In this document: positions 30,637 to 39,941 of the stretch, one piece after another
How the letters are laid out: every line of letters starts with the position of its first letter
How positions within the stretch are numbered: position 1 is the stretch's first letter
From: Bordetella parapertussis
GTDB lineage: Bacteria; Pseudomonadota; Gammaproteobacteria; Burkholderiales; Burkholderiaceae_E
Assembly: GCA_945872335.1 (NCBI GenBank)
Contig: CAMBZS010000001.1
Span: 13,597 to 77,596, forward strand
Reading direction: 5' to 3'
DNA: 64,000 nt
Position numbers and translations under genes: made by a program
The notes under the pieces: generated by a model
What the model was told of the DNA's origin: nothing
Databases searched by the model: none
The model's input: the letters and a program-made list of their open reading frames with translations, nothing else

Positions 30637-31622
30637 GCCACGCCGCGCCCTATGAAGGCCTTGATCCCGACACGGTCCTGAATGCGCTGGACTCCGTGGG
30701 CCTGCGCGGCGACGGCCGGCTGATTGCGCTCAACAGCTACGAAAACCGGGTCTACCTTGTTTACCTGGAGGACGCCGAGCCGGTGGTGGTCAAGTTTTAC
30801 CGCCCGGGCCGCTGGAGCGATGCGCAAATCGCCGAGGAACACGCATTCGTGGCCGAGCTCGCGCACGACGATATTCCTGCCGTGGCGCCGCTCGTGCTCG
30901 ATCGCCAGACGCTTCATCGGCATGCAGGCTTCCGGTTCGCGGTCTATCCGCGGCGCGGCGGCCGCGCTCCCGAACTTGACCAGCCTGGCGTTCTGGAATG
31001 GATCGGCCGCTTCATCGCCCGGATCCACAACGTTGGTGCGCGCTCGGCCTTCGTACACCGCGAAGCGGCCGATGTCACCACGCTGGGCCGCGAGCCACGC
31101 GATGCGCTGCTTGCGGGCGGGCTCATTCCGGCTGAACTCGAGGCCCGCTGGCATGGGCTTGCGAACGCTGCCATCGAGGCAGCCGAGCGAGCGTTCGCAC
31201 AGGCTGGGGCGGCCAGGCTCGCATGCATCCGGCTGCACGGCGACTGTCATCCGGGCAATCTGCTCTGGACGGACGCGGGCCCACACTTCGTCGACTTTGA
31301 CGACGCGCGCACGGGTCCCGCGATCCAGGATCTCTGGATGCTGCTCTCCGGCGAGCGCCACGAGCGGGCCGAGCAGCTGGGCCGCCTGCTGGCGGGCTAC
31401 CGACAGGTGAGAGATGTTGATCGCGCCGAGCTCGCGCTGATCGAACCGCTTCGTACGCTTCGACTCATCCACTACAGCGCATGGATCGCGCGTCGCTGGA
31501 ATGATCCGGCATTCCCGGCTGCGTTTCCCTGGTTCGGTACGCCGCGCTATTGGCAGGACCGGATCGCGGAGCTCGCCGGGCAGCTTGAAGCCATGGCCGA
31601 GCCCGCGCTCGAGCCGATGTGA
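30633..31622 (+). CDS. srkA: Stress-response serine/threonine kinase SrkA (YihE/RdoA family)
   Basis: LNSYENRVYLV, VVKFYRPGRW, catalytic HGDCHPGNLLW, DFDDARTGPAIQDLWML. 329 aa. Confidence 0.88.
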   Translation: MSHAAPYEGLDPDTVLNALDSVGLRGDGRLIALNSYENRVYLVYLEDAEPVVVKFYRPGRWSDAQIAEEHAFVAELAHDDIPAVAPLVLDRQTLHRHAGFRFAVYPRRGGRAPELDQPGVLEWIGRFIARIHNVGARSAFVHREAADVTTLGREPRDALLAGGLIPAELEARWHGLANAAIEAAERAFAQAGAARLACIRLHGDCHPGNLLWTDAGPHFVDFDDARTGPAIQDLWMLLSGERHERAEQLGRLLAGYRQVRDVDRAELALIEPLRTLRLIHYSAWIARRWNDPAFPAAFPWFGTPRYWQDRIAELAGQLEAMAEPALEPM

Positions 31623-31696
31623 TGCGTTGCATCGGGGGGCGCCGCGCGCCGCTCCACTAGAATCAACAAATATTTTTTTCCAAGGACTGACCCACC

Positions 31697-32548
31697 ATGA
31701 CCATCAAGACCATCGGCATCATCGGTGCCGGCACCATGGGTAACGGCATCGCGCAGACATGTGCGCAGGCGGGCATCGACGCCGTGATGCAGGACGTAAA
31801 CGAGGCCGCGCTCGAACGCGCGCTGAAGACCATTGGCGGCTCGCTCGACCGACTGGTGCGCAAAGGCACGCTCGATGACGCCGGCAAGGCCGCCGCGCTT
31901 GCCCGGATGTGCACCACCACGCGGGCCGAAGACCTGGCGGGCGCCGACCTGATCATCGAGGCAGCCACTGAAAATGAGGCCGTCAAGATCAAGATCCTGA
32001 AAGCCATCGACGCCATCGCCCGCCCTGGCACCATCATCGCCACCAACACGTCGTCAATTTCCATCACGCGGCTCGCCGCACAGATCAGCCGGCCCGAGCT
32101 CTTCGTGGGCATGCATTTCTTCAACCCGGTACCGGTGATGGCCCTGGTCGAAATCATCCGTGGACTGCGCACGTCGGACGCGACGCTGCAAAGCGTCGCC
32201 GAGCTTGCCCAGCGGCTCGGCAAGACGCCGATCGGCGTGAAGAACAGCGCCGGTTTCGCGGTCAACCGGATCCTCTGCCCGATGCTGAACGAAGCGATTT
32301 TCACCCTCGCCGAGGGCGTTGCAAGCGCTGACGAAATCGATACCGGCATGCGGCTCGGCTGCAACCACCCGATCGGCCCGCTCGCACTCTGCGACATGAT
32401 CGGTCTGGACGTGCTGCTTGCCGTGATGGATGTGCTCTACGACGCATTCAAGGACCCCAAGTACCGCCCCGCGCCGCTGCTTCGCGAAATGGTTGACGCA
32501 GGTTTGCTCGGGCGCAAGACCGGGCGCGGTTTCTACAGCTACGGTTGA
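31697..32548 (+). CDS. hbd: 3-hydroxybutyryl-CoA dehydrogenase (3-hydroxyacyl-CoA dehydrogenase, Hbd/PaaH type)
   Basis: [41 protein letters not shown]. Confidence 0.9.
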   Translation: MTIKTIGIIGAGTMGNGIAQTCAQAGIDAVMQDVNEAALERALKTIGGSLDRLVRKGTLDDAGKAAALARMCTTTRAEDLAGADLIIEAATENEAVKIKILKAIDAIARPGTIIATNTSSISITRLAAQISRPELFVGMHFFNPVPVMALVEIIRGLRTSDATLQSVAELAQRLGKTPIGVKNSAGFAVNRILCPMLNEAIFTLAEGVASADEIDTGMRLGCNHPIGPLALCDMIGLDVLLAVMDVLYDAFKDPKYRPAPLLREMVDAGLLGRKTGRGFYSYG

Positions 32549-32672
32549 CCCCGGTCAGCCGGTTGAGGCGGCAGATTCCGGGTTTCCCCGGGGCCGCCGA
32601 TTCCGGTAAGTTACGGGTAAGGTGCCGGGCGTAGAAACCGGCAACTCAAAAAATCGAGGGGAGACACTGCCG

Positions 32673-34664
32673 ATGGCTCAGGCGCCTGATGCCGACGAAG
32701 CCCGGGTGCTTGCACTCGGCGGAACGACCTTTCCGCAACTGCTTCTTGAACATGCGGCAGCGCGTCCCGACGACGCGGCGCTGCGCGAAAAAATCTACGG
32801 CATCTGGCGGACCACCACCTGGCGTGAGCTCGCCGATCAGGTCGAGGCCCTTGCGGCAGGCCTTGCCGAGCTGGGGTTTTCGCGCGGTCAGCATCTGGCC
32901 ATCATTGGTGAGAACCGACCCCGGCTCTATGCCGCCATGATCGCGGCCCAGGCGCTCGGCGGCGTGCCGGTCCCTATGTACCAGGACGCGGTCGCCGCCG
33001 AAATGGTGTTCGTGTTCAGGAACGCCGAAATTGCCTTCGCCGTGGTGGAAGACCAGGAGCAGGCCGACAAGCTGCTGGAGTTGAAGGAACAGCACCCGCT
33101 GCTTGCGCACATCGTCTATGACGATCCGAGGGGGCTTCGCAACTACAACAACCCCGAACTCCTTAGCGTCGATACGCTGATTGCCCACGGCAAGGATTTC
33201 CTGCGCTCCTATCCGGGGCTTCTCAAGCAGCGTGCAAGCGAACGCTCGCCCGACGATATCGCGGCAATGTTCTACACCTCGGGCACCACCGGCAACCCCA
33301 AGGGCGTCATCCACACGCATCGCAACCTGATCTCGGTCTCACGCGCGGCCTGCGCCATGGAGCACCTGACCAGTCGCGAAGAGGTGCTTGCGTATCTGCC
33401 CATGGCCTGGATCGGCCAGAACATCTTTTCATACTCGCAGTGGCTCGCGGCAGGCTTCACCGTCAATTGCCCCGAGTCGCAGTCGACCGTCTCGGCCGAC
33501 CTGCGCGAGATCGGACCCACCTACTACTTTGCGCCGCCGCGCGTGCTGGAGGCGCTCCTCACGCAAGTCACCATTCGCATGGAAGACGCGGCGGCACCGA
33601 AGCGCGCGCTCTACCGCTACTTCATGAATGTGGCCCGCCGGGTGGGTGAGCGCATCCTGAACGGCGATGCCAGCGTCTCGGCCGTCGAGCGAATGCTCTA
33701 TCGCGCGGGCGACCTGCTCATTTACGGCCCGCTTCGCAATGCTCTTGGCATGAGCCGCGTGCGCGTGGCCTACACGGCGGGCGAGGCGATCGGTCCCGAC
33801 CTGTTCGTGTTCTACCGCTCGCTCGGGATCAATCTCAAGCAACTTTACGGCTCGACCGAAACAGCGGTGTTCGTCTGCGTGCAGCCCAACGGTCAGGTAA
33901 AGCCCGACACGGTGGGGCCGCCCATGGATGGCGTACGCATCCGCCTGACCGATGCGGGCGAGGTCCTGATCCGAAGTCCCGGGCTTCTGCGCGAGTATTA
34001 CAAAAACGACCAGGCTACCGCCGAGGTGAAAGATGCCGAGGGCTGGTACCACACGGGCGATGCGGGCTACCTCGACACCGACGGGCATCTGCGCATCATC
34101 GATCGCGCAAAGGACGTCGGCAAGCTTGCTGGCGGTTCAATGTTTGCGCCGAAGTATCTCGAGAACAAGCTCAAGTTCTTCCCCTTCATCAAGGAAGCGG
34201 TGGCCTTTGGCGATGGTCGCGATCAGGTCATGGCTTTCATCAACATTGATTTCGAAGCCTGCGGCAACTGGGCGGAGCGCCGCAACCTCTCCTACACCGG
34301 CTATGTCGATCTCGCCTCGCGCCCGGAAATTTTCTCGCTGATTCGCGAGTGCCTGGAAAAGGTCAATGCCGATCTCGCGGCCGACCCCGTGATGAGCGCC
34401 TCGCAGATTCACCGCTTTCTTGTGCTGCACAAGGAGCTCGACGCCGACGACGAAGAGCTCACCCGCACCCGCAAGGTTCGGCGCGGCTTCATCGCGCAGA
34501 AATATCAGGTGCTGGTCGAGGCGCTTTATTCGGGTCGCACCGAGCAGTTCATCGAAACCCAGGTGCGCTTTGAAGACGGCCGCACCGGCGTCGTATCGGC
34601 AACGCTGCGCCTGGAAGACGCCACCACCTTCGCGCCCTCGGCCGCGCAGAAGAGGGCTGCATGA
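32673..34664 (+). CDS. AMP-dependent synthetase/ligase (long-chain-acyl-CoA-synthetase-like, 663 aa) linked to the downstream ABC importer
   Basis: AMP-binding motif MFYTSGTTGNPKGV, YGSTE, and GWYHTGDAGYLDTDGHLRIIDRAKD. ATG at 32673 with a GAGGGGAG Shine-Dalgarno sequence. Its stop overlaps the next ATG. Confidence 0.85.
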   Translation: MAQAPDADEARVLALGGTTFPQLLLEHAAARPDDAALREKIYGIWRTTTWRELADQVEALAAGLAELGFSRGQHLAIIGENRPRLYAAMIAAQALGGVPVPMYQDAVAAEMVFVFRNAEIAFAVVEDQEQADKLLELKEQHPLLAHIVYDDPRGLRNYNNPELLSVDTLIAHGKDFLRSYPGLLKQRASERSPDDIAAMFYTSGTTGNPKGVIHTHRNLISVSRAACAMEHLTSREEVLAYLPMAWIGQNIFSYSQWLAAGFTVNCPESQSTVSADLREIGPTYYFAPPRVLEALLTQVTIRMEDAAAPKRALYRYFMNVARRVGERILNGDASVSAVERMLYRAGDLLIYGPLRNALGMSRVRVAYTAGEAIGPDLFVFYRSLGINLKQLYGSTETAVFVCVQPNGQVKPDTVGPPMDGVRIRLTDAGEVLIRSPGLLREYYKNDQATAEVKDAEGWYHTGDAGYLDTDGHLRIIDRAKDVGKLAGGSMFAPKYLENKLKFFPFIKEAVAFGDGRDQVMAFINIDFEACGNWAERRNLSYTGYVDLASRPEIFSLIRECLEKVNADLAADPVMSASQIHRFLVLHKELDADDEELTRTRKVRRGFIAQKYQVLVEALYSGRTEQFIETQVRFEDGRTGVVSATLRLEDATTFAPSAAQKRAA

Positions 34665-35446
34665 GCAACCGCAAGATTGGCGAAGTCATCCTCGACCTGC
34701 GCAACATCTCGCTCGCATTTGGCGGCGTGAAGGCGCTCACCGACATTTCCTTTGACGTGCGCGAGCACGAGATCCGCGCCATCATCGGACCCAACGGTGC
34801 GGGCAAGAGCTCCATGCTCAATGTGATCAGCGGGGTCTACACGCCCCAGCAGGGCGAAATCATCTATCGCGGCGAGCACCACACCCATACCGACCCGCAC
34901 GCCATGGCGGCGCACGGAGTCGCGCGCACCTTCCAGAGTCTCGCGCTGTTCAAGGGCATGTCGGTGCTCGACAACATCATGACCGGACGCACGCTCAAGA
35001 TGCGCACCAATATCCTTCAGCAGGCGTTCTGGAAAGGACCGGCCGAGCGCGAGGAGATCATGCACCGCGAATTCTGCGAGCGCATCATCGATTTTCTGCA
35101 GATCCAGCCCTATCGGAAAACGCCGGTCGGGCGTCTGCCCTACGGTCTTCAGAAGCGGGTCGACCTGGGGCGCGCGCTCGCCATGGAACCCTCGCTCCTT
35201 CTGCTTGATGAACCGATGGCCGGCATGAATGTCGAGGAAAAGCAGGACATGAGCCGCTTCGTGCTCGACGTGAACGACGAGTTCGGCACCACCATCGTGC
35301 TGATCGAGCATGACATGGGTGTGGTGATGGACATCTCCGACCGGGTGGTCGTGCTCGACTACGGCAAGAAAATCGGCGACGGCACACCGGACGACGTCCG
35401 CAGCAATCAGGACGTGATCAACGCCTACCTGGGCGTGGCGCACTAG
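34661..35446 (+). CDS. ABC transporter ATP-binding protein (LivG-like)
   Basis: Walker A GPNGAGKSS, signature-like LPYGLQKRVDLGRAL, Walker B LLLLDEP. Confidence 0.9.
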   Translation: MSNRKIGEVILDLRNISLAFGGVKALTDISFDVREHEIRAIIGPNGAGKSSMLNVISGVYTPQQGEIIYRGEHHTHTDPHAMAAHGVARTFQSLALFKGMSVLDNIMTGRTLKMRTNILQQAFWKGPAEREEIMHREFCERIIDFLQIQPYRKTPVGRLPYGLQKRVDLGRALAMEPSLLLLDEPMAGMNVEEKQDMSRFVLDVNDEFGTTIVLIEHDMGVVMDISDRVVVLDYGKKIGDGTPDDVRSNQDVINAYLGVAH

Positions 35447-35460
35447 GCGGAGGCTCGCGA

Positions 35461-36390
35461 ATGGGATTTTTCCTCGAAGTGGTGCTGGGCGGCCTGATGG
35501 CGGGCGTCCTCTATTCGCTGGTCGCGCTCGGCTTCGTGCTGATCTTCAAGGCCTCTGGCGTGTTCAATTTCGCGCAGGGCGCAATGGTGCTGTTTGCCGC
35601 GCTCGCCATGGCAAGGCTTGCCGAGTGGCTGCCCGAACTCCTGGGCTTTGAGAGTCTGCTGCTCGCCAATCTGCTTGCCTTCGTGCTCGCCGCGCTCATC
35701 ATGGTGGTGGTGGCCCAGGGCATCGAACGGCTGGTGCTCCGACCGCTGGTCAACCAGGAAGGCGTCACGCTCCTCATGGCCACGCTCGGTGTCACCTATT
35801 TTCTGGACGGCTTCGGGCAGACCATCTGGGGATCAGACGTCTACAAGATCGACCTGGGGCTCTCCAAGGATCCTCTCCTGGTCCTGGGCGATATTTTCGA
35901 GGGCGGCCTCCTGCTCAATCGCGACGACATTGCGGCTGCGCTGATTGCGGTCGCGCTGGTGGTGGTGCTTGCCATCTTCTTTCAGAAAACCGCCACCGGA
36001 CGGGCACTTCGTGCGGTGGCCGACGATCATCAGGCGGCGCAATCCATCGGCATTCCGCTCAACCGGATCTGGGTGATCGTATGGGCGGTCGCGGGCTTCA
36101 CCGCCCTGGTGGCCGGCATGGTCTGGGGAAGCAAGCTGGGCGTCCAGTTCTCGCTCGCCATCCTCGCGCTCAAGGCGCTCCCGGTGGTGATCGTGGGCGG
36201 ATTCACCTCGGTGCCAGGCGCCATCATCGGGGGGCTCCTGATCGGACTGGGCGAGAAGCTCGCCGAGGTCTACCTCGGGCCCATCATTGGTGGCGGGCTC
36301 GAAAACTGGTTTGCCTACGGTCTTGCGCTTGCGGTGCTGCTCGTGCGCCCGCAGGGACTGTTTGGCGAACGCATCATTGATCGCGTGTAA
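35461..36390 (+). CDS. Branched-chain-amino-acid-type ABC transporter permease (LivH-like)
   Basis: Multi-TM with the LivH-type start (GLMAGVLYSLVALGFVLIF...GVFNFAQG). Confidence 0.88.
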   Translation: MGFFLEVVLGGLMAGVLYSLVALGFVLIFKASGVFNFAQGAMVLFAALAMARLAEWLPELLGFESLLLANLLAFVLAALIMVVVAQGIERLVLRPLVNQEGVTLLMATLGVTYFLDGFGQTIWGSDVYKIDLGLSKDPLLVLGDIFEGGLLLNRDDIAAALIAVALVVVLAIFFQKTATGRALRAVADDHQAAQSIGIPLNRIWVIVWAVAGFTALVAGMVWGSKLGVQFSLAILALKALPVVIVGGFTSVPGAIIGGLLIGLGEKLAEVYLGPIIGGGLENWFAYGLALAVLLVRPQGLFGERIIDRV

Positions 36391-36405
36391 TCAAGAGGCC
36401 TGACG

Positions 36406-37470
36406 ATGCTCTACCGCGAAAACGGCCAGTTCAAAACCCGCTACGGCGACGATCAGCAGATCTTCCCGATTATGCAGGACCGCTGGCTGGTCATGGCGCT
36501 GATTGCCTTTGCCTTCATCGGCGTACCGATGCTGGCAAGCGAGTACATGTTCCGCGCCATTCTCATTCCGTTTGTCATCCTCTCGCTCGCCGCGCTGGGG
36601 CTCAACCTTCTCGTCGGTTACTGCGGCCAGATCTCGCTCGGCTCGGGCGCTTTCATGGCGGTGGGCGCCTACATCGCCTACAACGCCTACACCCGGGTGC
36701 CCGGCATGCCGGTGATCGGTGCGTTTCTCATTGGTGGCGGTGCAGCGCTCCTGGTCGGGATCGTATTCGGCATCCCCAGCCTGCGAATCCGCGGCCTTTA
36801 TCTGGCGGTGGCCACACTCGCCGCACAGTTTTTCTGCGACTGGGTCTTCGCCCGTATCGCCTGGTTCACCAACTACTCGGCCTCGGGCTCGGTATCGGTT
36901 CCCACGCTCACGGTGGCAGGCATTTCAATCGACACACCGCAGTCCAAGTATCTCTTTTGCCTCACGATCGTCACCGTCATGGCGCTCGCGGCCAAGAACA
37001 TCGTTCGCGGCCACGTTGGCCGCTCCTGGATGGCGATCCGCGACATGGATGTGGCCGCCACCGTCATCGGCATCCGGCCGGTCACGGCCAAGCTGTCGGC
37101 GTTCGCGGTGAGCTCCTTCGTGATCGGTGTGGCAGGCGCCATGTGGGCCTTCGTGCACCTGGGCTCCTGGGAGCCGCTTGCCTTTGATGTGAACCGCTCG
37201 CTCAACCTGCTCTTCATGATCATCATCGGCGGCATGGGCTCCATCATGGGCAGCTTCTTCGGCGCGGCCTTCATCGTGGTGCTGCCCATTCTGCTGAATC
37301 AGGTGCCCGCCTGGCTGGGCGTGCCCATCTCCACCGCCATGGCCTCGCATCTCGAGTTCATGATCTTCGGGGCGCTGATTGTCTTTTTCCTGATCGTGGA
37401 GCCGCATGGGCTCGCCCGACTGTGGTCGATCGGAAAGGAAAAGCTGCGACTCTGGCCGTTCCCGCATTGA
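36406..37470 (+). CDS. Branched-chain-amino-acid-type ABC transporter permease (LivM-like)
   Basis: Multi-TM; GYCGQISLGSGAFMAVGAY is typical of LivM. Confidence 0.88.
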   Translation: MLYRENGQFKTRYGDDQQIFPIMQDRWLVMALIAFAFIGVPMLASEYMFRAILIPFVILSLAALGLNLLVGYCGQISLGSGAFMAVGAYIAYNAYTRVPGMPVIGAFLIGGGAALLVGIVFGIPSLRIRGLYLAVATLAAQFFCDWVFARIAWFTNYSASGSVSVPTLTVAGISIDTPQSKYLFCLTIVTVMALAAKNIVRGHVGRSWMAIRDMDVAATVIGIRPVTAKLSAFAVSSFVIGVAGAMWAFVHLGSWEPLAFDVNRSLNLLFMIIIGGMGSIMGSFFGAAFIVVLPILLNQVPAWLGVPISTAMASHLEFMIFGALIVFFLIVEPHGLARLWSIGKEKLRLWPFPH

Positions 37471-37564
37471 GGTTTTCTGCAGCGCTGTCGCGACGGGCCG
37501 GCGACAGTGTGGTGCACTTCATTCAGGCTCGTGATTCATTGATGGTCAAAACAAGGAGGTTCCG

Positions 37565-38935
37565 ATGAGACAGAACACAACAGCCCGCTGGCTGGCTGCC
37601 GCAGCCCTGGCTGCCGGTCTGGCGGCACTCGCGCCGGGGCTTGCGCAGGCGCAGGCCAAAGGGGCGCCCGCCGCCGCGGGCGCGAAGGAGCAGTTCTTCC
37701 CGCTGCTCGTCTACCGCACCGGTCCCTACGCACCAAACGGCGTCCCGTTTGCCAACGGCATGGCCGATTACTACAAGATGTTGAACGCCCGTGATGGCGG
37801 CATCGGTGGCGTGCGCCTCACCATGGAAGAGTGCGAAACCGGCTACGCCACCGACCGTGGCGTGGAGTGTTATGAACGCTTGAAAGGCAAGGGCCCCACC
37901 GGCGCGACCGCGGTCCATCCGCTGTCGACCGGCATCACGTTCGCACTCACCGACAAGGTTCCCAATGACAAGATTCCGCTGATCACCGCGGGCTATGGCC
38001 GCTCGGAATCAGCCAACGGCGAAGTATTCAAGTGGAACTTCATTCTGGGCGGCAGCTACTGGGTGGCGGCCGACATCCTGGTCCAGCATCTGGGCTCGCT
38101 TGAGGGCGGTGTCGATCGTCTCAAGGGCAAGAAGATCGCGCTCGTCTACCACGACTCGCCGTTCGGAAAAGAGCCCATCGCGCTCCTGCAGGAACGCGCC
38201 AAGATGCACGGCTATCAGCTGATCCTGATCCCGGTCACGCACCCGGGCGTGGAGCAGAAGGCTGCCTGGCTGCAGGTGCGTCGCGACCGGCCCGACTATG
38301 TGCTGCTGTGGGGCTGGGGCGTGATGAACTCGACCGCCGTCAAGGAAGCCATCGCCACCGGCTATCCGCGCGAGAAGATGTACGGCGTATGGTGGTCGGG
38401 CGCCGAGCCCGATATCGTTCCCGCGGGCGACGGCGGCAAGGGCTACAACGCGCTCACCTTCATGGCGCCCGCCGGTACGTCGCGCGTCCACCAGGACATC
38501 TTCCGGAATCTGCACGACAAGGGTCAGGGCTCAGGTCCGCGTGATGAAGTCGGCCAGGTGCTCTACAACCGCGGACTGACGGCGGCTGCGGTCACCGCTG
38601 AGGCGGTTCGTGTGTCGCAGGAGCGCTATGGCAAGCGTCCGCTCACGGGCGAAGAAGTGCGCTGGGGTTTCGAGAACCTGAACATCGACGCCGCGCGCAT
38701 CAAGCAGCTTGGTTTCGAGGGCCTCATGCAGCCGATCAGCACCAGTTGCCGCGATCACATGGGCGGCAATACCGCTCAGATCCACAGCTGGGACGGCAAG
38801 AGATGGGTGGTCGCGCCCAAGGTCTACCAGGCCGACATGCAGATCCTGAAACCCATGCAGGATACGTACGCCGCGCGCTATGCAGCCGAGAAGAAGATTC
38901 AGCCACGCGACTGTGCGAAGGAAGCTTCAAACTGA
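37565..38935 (+). CDS. ABC transporter periplasmic substrate-binding protein (LivJ/Peripla_BP_6-like, enlarged, 456 aa)
   Basis: Signal peptide ...LAPGLAQA-QA, a type I periplasmic binding fold pattern, and an AAGGAGG Shine-Dalgarno sequence. Confidence 0.85.
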   Translation: MRQNTTARWLAAAALAAGLAALAPGLAQAQAKGAPAAAGAKEQFFPLLVYRTGPYAPNGVPFANGMADYYKMLNARDGGIGGVRLTMEECETGYATDRGVECYERLKGKGPTGATAVHPLSTGITFALTDKVPNDKIPLITAGYGRSESANGEVFKWNFILGGSYWVAADILVQHLGSLEGGVDRLKGKKIALVYHDSPFGKEPIALLQERAKMHGYQLILIPVTHPGVEQKAAWLQVRRDRPDYVLLWGWGVMNSTAVKEAIATGYPREKMYGVWWSGAEPDIVPAGDGGKGYNALTFMAPAGTSRVHQDIFRNLHDKGQGSGPRDEVGQVLYNRGLTAAAVTAEAVRVSQERYGKRPLTGEEVRWGFENLNIDAARIKQLGFEGLMQPISTSCRDHMGGNTAQIHSWDGKRWVVAPKVYQADMQILKPMQDTYAARYAAEKKIQPRDCAKEASN

Positions 38936-39043
38936 TGGGAATCCATGCCGCCGGGCCCCGCGGTTCGGCGGCGTACCGGGTGCATCACACGCCGGTGTGG
39001 TGCCCCGCTCGTCGCGGCAGCCTTCCCAGGCCGGCCGCGGCGC

Positions 39044-39079
39044 GCTGACCCGGACCGGGCGCGCCCGGTCCCGCTCAGC
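39044..39079 (+). repeat. GC-rich intercistronic stem-loop. The core is a perfect 20-bp palindrome GGACCGGGCG/CGCCCGGTCC (39052-39071), extended by GCTGA/TCAGC.
   Basis: Direct reading. It lies between the substrate-binding-protein gene and the livF-like gene, with no U-tract. Confidence 0.6.
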
Positions 39080-39099
39080 GCTTACCCCGGGAGACAACC

Positions 39100-39903
39100 T
39101 TGAGCAATCCTTTGCTTGTCGTGAGCGGCATCGAGGTCATCTACAACCACGTGATTCTGGTGCTGAAGGGCGTGTCGCTTCAGGTGCCAGAGGGTGGTGT
39201 GGTGGCACTCCTGGGTGGCAACGGCGCAGGCAAAACCACCACGCTGCGCGCCATTTCCAATCTGCTCAAAGGCGAGCGGGGCGAAGTCACCAAGGGGTCG
39301 ATCAGCTACCGCGATGAGCCGATCGCCCATCTCACGCCCGCCGACCTGGTCAAGCGCGGCGTGATTCAGGTGATGGAGGGGCGACGCTGCTTTGGTCATC
39401 TGACCGTGGAGGAAAACCTTCTCACCGGCACCTATACGCGCAATCTCTCGCGTGCCGATACCGCGGTGGCGCTCGAGCGCGTTTACCACTACTTTCCGCG
39501 CCTGAAGACCCGGCGCGCTTCGCAGGCGGGCTATACCTCGGGCGGTGAACAGCAGATGACGGCAGTGGGCCGCGCGCTGATGGCCAATCCCAAGATGATT
39601 CTGCTCGACGAGCCCTCCATGGGTCTCGCCCCGCAGATCGTGGCGGAAATCTTCGGCATCGTGCGCGATCTCAACCAGAAGGAAAAAGTGAGCTTCCTGC
39701 TCGCAGAACAGAACACCAATGTGGCGCTTCGCAACGCCGACTATGGCTACATCCTGGAAAATGGCCGCATCGTGATGGACGGCGCGGCCCGGGACCTGGC
39801 CGAGAACGAGGACGTGAAGGAGTTCTACCTGGGCGTTGCGAAGGAAGGGCGCAAGTCCTTCCGCGACATCAAGTCCTATCGACGCCGAAAGCGCTGGCTC
39901 TGA
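39100..39903 (+). CDS. ABC transporter ATP-binding protein (LivF-like)
   Basis: Walker A GGNGAGKTT, signature YTSGGEQQM, Walker B MILLDEP. TTG start with a GGGAGA Shine-Dalgarno sequence. Confidence 0.88.
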   Translation: MSNPLLVVSGIEVIYNHVILVLKGVSLQVPEGGVVALLGGNGAGKTTTLRAISNLLKGERGEVTKGSISYRDEPIAHLTPADLVKRGVIQVMEGRRCFGHLTVEENLLTGTYTRNLSRADTAVALERVYHYFPRLKTRRASQAGYTSGGEQQMTAVGRALMANPKMILLDEPSMGLAPQIVAEIFGIVRDLNQKEKVSFLLAEQNTNVALRNADYGYILENGRIVMDGAARDLAENEDVKEFYLGVAKEGRKSFRDIKSYRRRKRWL

Positions 39904-39941
39904 GGCCCGCGTGTACCCCCACCCTGTCTCAAGGCGAGTCG

